From the UHGV virus genome UHGV-1982450: a stretch of 21,444 nucleotides of DNA. One strand, written 5' to 3'. The notes beneath the pieces are model-generated. The model saw nothing but the letters and a program-made list of their open reading frames with translations. It was not told where the DNA came from and searched no databases. Position numbers and translations under genes: made by a program. Positions 15,230 to 21,444 of this stretch are shown here, piece by piece (positions within the stretch are counted from its first letter, which is position 1; each line of letters opens with the position of its first letter). The stretch is from a virus.

Positions 15230-16216
15230 TTGTCGTTCTTTGGGGGAGAAGTGAACATTGTAGATGCTCTTGTTCTCAAGAAGTTAATGAGCGTTGGTGA
15301 TGAAACTGTTCTGTCAATCTTAAAGTTTTCAGCGTACAGCGGAGTGTCAACACTCGAAGAACTGGTAGTTAACTCCTCCAATCTGAAAATCTCAAATGGT
15401 AAATCTCGAGCAACTCTCGAAAGTTTCTTCGACGCTGCGAACTTCCAGGCTCTCAGGGACGAAGTAAAAACAGAGATTGATTCGTTCAAAAATAAAGGAG
15501 TTGAGATTGTTATCTTCGGTTCGAAAAACTATCCAATTTCGTTATATGATCTCCCGAAACCTCCACCCTTTCTTTACTGTAAAGGCAATCTAAATCTCTT
15601 AGAGAATAGGCTTTCATTAGCTGTTGTAGGAACTCGTGAAAACACCCCCAAGGGTGAAACCCTAACGATTAAAACTATTCAAAAGTTTGCGACTTATGGC
15701 TTCACGATAGTCAGTGGACTTGCACTGGGTATCGATACAATTGCTCATCGCGCGGCATTAGATGCCAAAACACCAACGATTTCTGTTCTTGTCGATGTGG
15801 AGTCTATTTCTCCCGCAAGTAATCGGGAACTCGCTAAGGAAATATTGGACGAGGGCGGACTTCTAGTTGCAGAGAATGCACCAGGAACCAAAGCAATACC
15901 TGCGTTCTTTGCTAAGCGAGACAGGATACAAGCAGGTTTATCTACTGCCGTCTTTGCTATTGAAACTTCGATAGATGGTGGGACGATGCACGCAGTCAAA
16001 TCTGCTATCTCTATGATGCGTCCTGTCTTCGTTCCTGACGTACATAAAGCTAAGTATCCAGATCTTACTATCAAGGCAATTTCAGGAACTCAACAGCTAG
16101 TTAACGAAGGGAGGGCGATACCATACACGAGCGAATCTTATGAAGATATTCGTCTTCAATTAGAAGATATCGCGAGTTCATTTGGGTCGTTGAAAGCAAA
16201 AGGTGGCCTGCTGTGA
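15230..16216 (+). CDS. DprA/Smf-family (Rossmann/SLOG-like) DNA-processing protein homologue
   Basis: The canonical DprA core runs YPISLYDLPKPPPFLYCKGN...LAVVGTRENTPKG...IVSGLALGIDTIAHRAAL...FFAKRDRIQAGLS...ETSIDGGTMHAV. The N-terminal part resembles the DprA SAM/HhH-like region. The track start is TTG (15230); GTG at 15251, after GGGGGAG, is an alternative. Confidence 0.85.
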   Translation: MSFFGGEVNIVDALVLKKLMSVGDETVLSILKFSAYSGVSTLEELVVNSSNLKISNGKSRATLESFFDAANFQALRDEVKTEIDSFKNKGVEIVIFGSKNYPISLYDLPKPPPFLYCKGNLNLLENRLSLAVVGTRENTPKGETLTIKTIQKFATYGFTIVSGLALGIDTIAHRAALDAKTPTISVLVDVESISPASNRELAKEILDEGGLLVAENAPGTKAIPAFFAKRDRIQAGLSTAVFAIETSIDGGTMHAVKSAISMMRPVFVPDVHKAKYPDLTIKAISGTQQLVNEGRAIPYTSESYEDIRLQLEDIASSFGSLKAKGGLL

Positions 16217-19200
16217 TAAAGGTCATCGTCCTCGATCTTGATGACACGCTTATTGATACATCAAGCCTCGAACCACTTCGGTTAGCTGGCCGATGGAGAG
16301 ACATACCCAGGTACTTTAATGGTTGTGTCATCAATCAGGACGTTGTCGGCCTTGTTACAACGGCTCGGTCGGTTGGAATCAAGGTTGCTATCTTCTCGAA
16401 TGCGCCTTCGAACTACGTTCAGGGGCTACTCAAACACTTCAGTATCACTGTTGATTATGTAGTAGCCTACCATGATGTAACGCAGCATAAGCCGAGCCCT
16501 GAGGGCGTTACTCGTATTCTCGAGTACTTCGGTGTTAGCGCCGACGAGTCAATTTATTTAGGAGATAGTAACCTAGATCGAGACGCTGCTTCCAATGCAG
16601 GAGTTGAGTTTTTCTCAGTAGATTGGGGTTCTGCCTCGGAGATCGATTCGTCACATAAGGGAATAAGCGGTCTCTCCGAGCTTATTGGAAAAAACTCGAC
16701 GCGGAGCTCCGCAAGAACTGGACGTTCTGAGTTAATACAATCTGGGAATAAACTTCATCTGGGATTCTATTTAGATGGTATCAAACAGGAAGTTTGGTCT
16801 TTCAAGGATAACAAGAATACTTCTGTTCGCCGCTGGGTTAACAAGACTGTTGAGCTAGCTTCTTCATTCCCAGCCATAGATATAGTTGTTCGAGCGTTAG
16901 GTCACGCTGAGCTTAGGGCTGAAGATGGCGATAAAGCATTAGATACCTTGGGCAAATCGCTGGCTGTTGCTTTAGGGGCTTCTTACCAACCTAAGATATT
17001 AGAGAAAGATCACGTATTAGATAAATCGACTAATTGCACTGCAGCACAAAGACTCCACCAGGTCAGAGGTGCCTATAAAGCCGATTTTGATTCAATAGAA
17101 GCTAATTCAAATCCGACATTTCTGATCATTGACGACGTATTAACTTCGGGGGCTACAACTGATGAGATAACACGCTGTCTATCTCAAGCTTTTCCGAATT
17201 CAAGTATTTACATTTTTACGTTGGTTAAAACTCTCTATAGATTGGAGCTATGCACTGACAGCCAAGAACAACAACACAATAACCAACTGTTTTCAGATTT
17301 GTACAACCCAATCATCGACTCGCTGGCGGACGAAAGTGAACTATCTAGACATGTCAGGTCGAAGTCTAGTAGCAGGCTTGTAAGCAAGAAGTTTTCTGCT
17401 AACTACGCGAGAACCAACCATAACTTCATTTTCCACAATCTTCTCCAGTATTCTATCTCGTCTGAAGCGGCGTCTGGACAGCTATTTGCAGCAATTCAAG
17501 TTCTTAAGAATATGCTTCAGAGAGGGAAGCCAACAATAGCCTCGCGGAAGCTGAGGAAGGCATTTGGCATTGAACTGGATCAGAACGTTCTTAATACACC
17601 AGCTCAGGCTCTTGTGTCAGATAAGCCGGTTTTTTGGAATAGATTGATTCGAGGCCACAAACAGTCAGGAAACTACCCAGCGAAAAGGTTTTTTGATGAG
17701 CTGATACCGAAGTATTTCGGTAAGTACATTTTTGTAAAACAACTAATGCTCCCTGAAGTCCAGATTTACGATATGACTCAGGTCTACGTTGAACAATTCC
17801 AGAACCGACAGGTAGATTTTTACATTCCTCAAGTTGGTTTAATTATTGAGATAGACGGTCAGCAGCACCAAAATTCTCAGCATTTAGATGAAATGAGGGA
17901 TGCGTTTACCGAAAGCCTGGGACTGAAGACTGTTCGATTCACTGTTCAAGAACTGGCATCTGAGAACCAGTCATTTATCAGTAAGATAAATTCGATTATT
18001 TCTCACATTCAGATCGTTGATGGTCTAGAGCGAAATGGTGTCCTAACGCCTCCTAATGGTATTTCTTTATTGAATTACCAAGAGGCTTACGAAAATGGAG
18101 TCGATGTTACTGACTCGCGATTGAGGCTGACCTCGGCGTTGCGTTTCCAGATACTGTTATTAGAGCTTCTTGAACGCGGTCAGATCAGACTAGGGGAGTT
18201 GAAAAAACTATTCATAGTCAATCGTGATGGAACTGATTTTGCTGAAGCGGCACTGGACGACCTGAACGATTTGTTATCGAATATCTTTCGTCTCATCGGC
18301 ATTGAAGAAAAGCGAATTGAGGTTGCGCTGATCGAATCAGATGAGCTTCCGAGCGAACGGTCTGGTGAAAATATATTCATCGACTTCAGCTTACTGGAGC
18401 GTTATGACGATTCCTTTCAAGTTAACCAAGACGTCATATATTCACGTACGGATTACTTCGATTTCTATCGAAACTTCGAAGATTCTGATGCTGTTTCAAT
18501 AGAAACCAGTCAATTGATTGACTATGACTTTTTTGAGCTTTCATGTAGTAACCCCATTACCTACAAGCTAGATCTTAGCCCAGGCAGCGAGCAGAGAGAG
18601 TCGCTGAGATACTTCCTCAGCAACCTGTTTCTACCATACCTAGAGGATGTAGATTTCAGGGAAGGGCAGGTTGGTATCATAGGATCTGCACTTTCGAAAA
18701 ACGGCACAATAGGATTGCTGCCTACAGGTTCGGGTAAGTCGATTTGTTACCAGCTGTCTGCGGTCCTGCAACCAGCCGTTAGCTTTGTCGTGTGCCCGAT
18801 AAAAAGTTTGATGTATGACCAGAAAGCAGATTTGGATAGCATCGGCTTCACTCGAAGCAATTTTATTACAAGTGATTTGAAGGCAGGAGAGAAGGCCAAA
18901 GTTCAGAGAGATTTCGGACGTGGTAAGTACTTCTTCGTTTTTATATCGCCTGAGCGATTCCAAACCCATGCGTTTAGAAAAGAGATGTTGGCTATCGGAC
19001 TAGATCTCTCATTTGCCTACGCGGTGATCGATGAAGCTCACTGTTTGTCTGAGTGGGGACATGATTTCAGGACTTCTTATCTGAACCTGGCAAATACAAT
19101 CGAACGGTTTGCTCCCAGTGCGAGTTATATAGGTCTAACGGCAACAGCATCAGTTAACGTCCTAAAGGATATTCAAACAGAGTTTGATATCCCAGATGAT

Positions 19201-20889
19201 TTTGTCCGTACCCCCATGGACTTCACTCGCGAGGAACTATCATTCCACGTCATTGACGATAAAGGCCGTAAAGGTGATGCAGTCGTCGAGCTTGTTTCTG
19301 AAATGGAGGGTAAATGGAATTCAGATGGGGAAGACGGCAATAAGGCGGGGATCATATTCACTTCTACCGTCAACGGAGCTAAGGGGTGTTATAGCTTAGC
19401 GGGCCGAATATCAACACTCTTGAAGATGGATGTTAGATATTTTTCGGGGTCGGCTCCGAAAATGGGTGGATTGCAGGGAGAGGCTTTCGATAGATATAAG
19501 CGCCAAGTTCAAGACGATTTTAAAGAAAATAAATACCGCCTACTTACTGCCACTAAGGCATTCGGAATGGGCGTGAATAAGGGAAATATTGCCTATACGG
19601 TTCACTTCGGAATACCTGGGTCGATGGAGGCCTTGTATCAGGAAGCTGGCAGGGCAGGGCGAGATAAAAAACTATTCAAGGAAGTACCCGCAGATTGCTA
19701 TGTGCTTCTCACAAAAGAGCCCAATTCAGCTATTCTCGACAAGATTTGGGACGCTAGCACGAACGTCAAAGATCTGAAGGAGTACGTGAAGTCATTGAGT
19801 CGCGATAGCGACCTGAACACAAATCTATTCCTGATGACAAACGGCTTGGGCACAATCAATGATGAGTTCAAGTTGATGGCAAATGTATACGAATTTTTTA
19901 AGTACAATCAGGAACACAACACGGTGACCATTACTGCCAGGCAGTTTGGTACGGAAAAGTTTAAATTGGAAAAGGCTATCTACCGCCTTTCTCAATTAGG
20001 TATTGTCTCTGACTGGGTAATCGAAGACTTTTTTAATGGAACGCTCTCTGTCGAGTTCCAGTGCCTATCGGAAGAAGGCCTGGAAAAGAAAATTGAGCAT
20101 ACCGTCAGAAAGTATGATCCTGAGTTTAAGCTCGCTGATGTGTTCAGTAGTGATAACCAGTACTACAAAATTCTCTGCGACAAGCTGAGAAAAGGGTCTA
20201 TCGATAAATCGCAATTTATCTTTCTTGTTCTTTTACTTTGGTCCTATGACCATTTTGTCTACAACCGCCGCCAGTCACAGAAGAACGTTTATGAACACTG
20301 TAGTTTATTTGCTGAAGGCAGGATGGATGGTAAAGAATTTAAGGAGAAGTTAGAGGGTTATTTCAGACACGACAAGTCGAGCCAACTTTTGCTCAATATG
20401 GCTGAGAATTCTGTGTCGGTGAAGTTATGGCCATCAGTTTTTTTTGAAACTGATGAAGAAGAGGGCTCGGAACATTTAGTAAGCAGCGAGAAGATGACGA
20501 TCCTACGAGGTCAGATTTCTCGATTCCTAGAGTCATACAAAGATAATGCATTCTTGAACTACTTGAGTGGTGTGCTGCGACTAGCTTCCGATGAGTTTGA
20601 TGATGCAGATGGAGAGCGAAGAATGGCATCGTCATTTGATCGGTTGATCAGTGATAATAGGGATGAAGCACTAGAGCTGGTCCGAAAAACTATGCAGTTA
20701 AAACCAATATTTTCTGAAAATGCGCGAAGTCGCTTTGCTCGTTTGGTCCATGAGAAATTTGAAGATTTGGATTTTCTTGGGGAAGTAAATGAAGAGCTAG
20801 GAGATCCGTTCTCCTATCACACTTTGTTAGCTCCACTGGCAATTAGACTTGAAAAACTTACCAGCCTATACAAGGGGATTAATTGGTGA
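16213..20889 (+). CDS. 1558-aa multidomain protein: HAD phosphatase + type I PRTase (ComF-like) + DUF559/Vsr-like PD-(D/E)xK nuclease + RecQ-family helicase core + unknown C-terminal region
   Basis: HAD motifs: DLDDT (D8/D10, nt 16234..16248), FSNAP, K93, GDSNLDRDAASNAG (nt 16561..). PRPP loop: FLIIDDVLTSGATT (nt 17119..17160). Nuclease motif: DFYIPQVGLIIEIDGQQH...VRFTVQEL (nt 17815..17955). RecQ motifs: FREGQ (18655), PTGSGKSICYQ (18721), VIDEAHCLSEWGHDFR (19027..), LTATAS, ATKAFGMGVNK, YQEAGRAGRD (..19665). The GTG start overlaps the DprA-like stop (GTGA, 16213..16216), with AAGGTGG 6 nt upstream. Confidence 0.9.
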   Translation: MIKVIVLDLDDTLIDTSSLEPLRLAGRWRDIPRYFNGCVINQDVVGLVTTARSVGIKVAIFSNAPSNYVQGLLKHFSITVDYVVAYHDVTQHKPSPEGVTRILEYFGVSADESIYLGDSNLDRDAASNAGVEFFSVDWGSASEIDSSHKGISGLSELIGKNSTRSSARTGRSELIQSGNKLHLGFYLDGIKQEVWSFKDNKNTSVRRWVNKTVELASSFPAIDIVVRALGHAELRAEDGDKALDTLGKSLAVALGASYQPKILEKDHVLDKSTNCTAAQRLHQVRGAYKADFDSIEANSNPTFLIIDDVLTSGATTDEITRCLSQAFPNSSIYIFTLVKTLYRLELCTDSQEQQHNNQLFSDLYNPIIDSLADESELSRHVRSKSSSRLVSKKFSANYARTNHNFIFHNLLQYSISSEAASGQLFAAIQVLKNMLQRGKPTIASRKLRKAFGIELDQNVLNTPAQALVSDKPVFWNRLIRGHKQSGNYPAKRFFDELIPKYFGKYIFVKQLMLPEVQIYDMTQVYVEQFQNRQVDFYIPQVGLIIEIDGQQHQNSQHLDEMRDAFTESLGLKTVRFTVQELASENQSFISKINSIISHIQIVDGLERNGVLTPPNGISLLNYQEAYENGVDVTDSRLRLTSALRFQILLLELLERGQIRLGELKKLFIVNRDGTDFAEAALDDLNDLLSNIFRLIGIEEKRIEVALIESDELPSERSGENIFIDFSLLERYDDSFQVNQDVIYSRTDYFDFYRNFEDSDAVSIETSQLIDYDFFELSCSNPITYKLDLSPGSEQRESLRYFLSNLFLPYLEDVDFREGQVGIIGSALSKNGTIGLLPTGSGKSICYQLSAVLQPAVSFVVCPIKSLMYDQKADLDSIGFTRSNFITSDLKAGEKAKVQRDFGRGKYFFVFISPERFQTHAFRKEMLAIGLDLSFAYAVIDEAHCLSEWGHDFRTSYLNLANTIERFAPSASYIGLTATASVNVLKDIQTEFDIPDDFVRTPMDFTREELSFHVIDDKGRKGDAVVELVSEMEGKWNSDGEDGNKAGIIFTSTVNGAKGCYSLAGRISTLLKMDVRYFSGSAPKMGGLQGEAFDRYKRQVQDDFKENKYRLLTATKAFGMGVNKGNIAYTVHFGIPGSMEALYQEAGRAGRDKKLFKEVPADCYVLLTKEPNSAILDKIWDASTNVKDLKEYVKSLSRDSDLNTNLFLMTNGLGTINDEFKLMANVYEFFKYNQEHNTVTITARQFGTEKFKLEKAIYRLSQLGIVSDWVIEDFFNGTLSVEFQCLSEEGLEKKIEHTVRKYDPEFKLADVFSSDNQYYKILCDKLRKGSIDKSQFIFLVLLLWSYDHFVYNRRQSQKNVYEHCSLFAEGRMDGKEFKEKLEGYFRHDKSSQLLLNMAENSVSVKLWPSVFFETDEEEGSEHLVSSEKMTILRGQISRFLESYKDNAFLNYLSGVLRLASDEFDDADGERRMASSFDRLISDNRDEALELVRKTMQLKPIFSENARSRFARLVHEKFEDLDFLGEVNEELGDPFSYHTLLAPLAIRLEKLTSLYKGINW

Positions 20890-21374
20890 ATGACATACAG
20901 AAACTACACCGGGTAATCGATTCACTCGAAGAGCAATCGACGCAAGTGGCACAGTTTAATGGCCTGTTGAGCGCCGTCAGCGATGCAAGAACTGAGATAG
21001 AGGCTGCGAAATCAACGCTCGTAAATCTAGCTTATGAACACGCTGAATTGTTTACGAAGAACTCGAATAAATTTGAAGAGTTTGACGGCCGCCTTATGTC
21101 ACTAAATGATCTTCTAGGCCAGATCAAAGATGAACAGTTGAAACTAAGGCGTGAGGTTGCAGCCTTGAAGTTTGTAACACCAGAGCAGTTTGAACAAGGC
21201 TGCACAGCAATTGATAGCCGCATTGCTAAACAATTAGCGGAATTGAAAAGCAAGTTAGAGGCGGCGGCGGAGTCTCAGCAAAGATCGATAAGCGGGCTAC
21301 GAACCATAGTTGTTTTAGGTATCTTGGTGTTGGCTGGAGGTGTCGGATTCTTGGCTATGAATATTTTTCTTTAA
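20883..21374 (+). CDS. coiled-coil protein with a C-terminal transmembrane anchor
   Basis: About 140 aa of heptad-like helical sequence, then TIVVLGILVLAGGVGFLAMNIFL at the extreme C-terminus. The likely start is GTG 20886, which overlaps the upstream stop (GTGA 20886..20889), with AAGGGGA 7 nt upstream. The track start TTG 20883 is in the same frame. Confidence 0.6.
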   Translation: MVNDIQKLHRVIDSLEEQSTQVAQFNGLLSAVSDARTEIEAAKSTLVNLAYEHAELFTKNSNKFEEFDGRLMSLNDLLGQIKDEQLKLRREVAALKFVTPEQFEQGCTAIDSRIAKQLAELKSKLEAAAESQQRSISGLRTIVVLGILVLAGGVGFLAMNIFL

Positions 21375-21444
21375 TTTTCAGATTGTCATTCAGTTTTTAG
21401 TTGTAATCAATAAGTTGGAATACAGAGGCTTTTTCCTCTGCTGT

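Larger units (their letters stand above)
15088..21444. other. AT-rich accessory island downstream of the primase gene (right end not in window)
   Basis: Hand counts of 60-nt lines give 22/60 GC at 16741, 28/60 at 18001 and 22/60 at 20161. Backbone lines give 33/60 at 4381 and 33/60 at 13021. No integrase or transposase is seen. Confidence 0.6.

Noticed and set aside
18640-18969. Antisense ORFs within the 1558-aa gene (18180..18380, 18640..18969, 19173..19373, 19698..19907, 20393..20635)
   Set aside because: They are short and motif-free, and they lie opposite strongly motif-bearing RecQ-like coding sequence. I also saw no evidence for nested genes.
21423-21440. Hairpin CAGAGG-CTTTTT-CCTCTG after the last ORF as an operon terminator
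   Set aside because: It has only a 6-bp stem, and the window ends 4 nt later, so a U-run cannot be assessed.
1-21444. Search by eye for tRNA, rRNA, CRISPR arrays, IS elements, integrase or att-like direct repeats flanking the AT-rich island
   Set aside because: None was recognised. There are no regularly spaced direct repeats, no T-loop GGTTCGAATCC-like boxes, and no transposase or recombinase motifs in any listed ORF. A computational scan (tRNAscan-SE, ISfinder, CRISPR detection) would be needed to exclude them formally.

Overview
This window looks like part of an enterobacterial temperate phage or phage-plasmid. It combines virion packaging genes, plasmid-type partition, a toxin-antitoxin pair and its own replisome. 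Calls rest on motif reading only; no searches were run. Left to right: a minus-strand block with a small lipoprotein, a 92-aa ORF and an SF2 helicase (36..2118). A plus-strand block follows with a ParB-like nuclease-domain protein, a protein carrying a GNAT-like half-domain, and a winged-helix protein (2183..3527). A long plus-strand operon then encodes TerS, TerL, a putative portal, a coiled-coil protein and an overlapped spanin-like pair (3723..8411). Next come a minus-strand GNAT-toxin/DUF1778-antitoxin module (8444..9242), ParA plus an RHH partner (9562..10586), and an oppositely oriented GIY-YIG nuclease gene (10639..11406). A replication block follows: an unknown 241-aa protein, a DnaB-like helicase and a Zn-finger/Toprim primase (11689..15087). 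From about 15090 to the window end the sequence becomes visibly more AT-rich. That stretch carries the most interesting locus, a translationally coupled three-gene operon. Its genes are a DprA-family protein, a 1558-aa fusion (HAD phosphatase + PRTase + DUF559/Vsr-like nuclease + RecQ-like helicase + unknown C-terminus) and a tail-anchored coiled-coil membrane protein. I interpret this as a candidate undescribed defence or incoming-DNA surveillance system. It may be an expanded relative of the two-gene DprA+PRTase antiphage pair and echoes the ComFA/ComFC/DprA competence machinery. Three families of intergenic palindromes recur in front of operons: a roughly 55-bp hairpin (2 copies), AAACAA-N-TTGTTT (4 copies) and a TAGGTAAGTACTTACCTA-like 18-mer (3 copies). 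I saw no tRNA, rRNA, CRISPR array, integrase or transposase.
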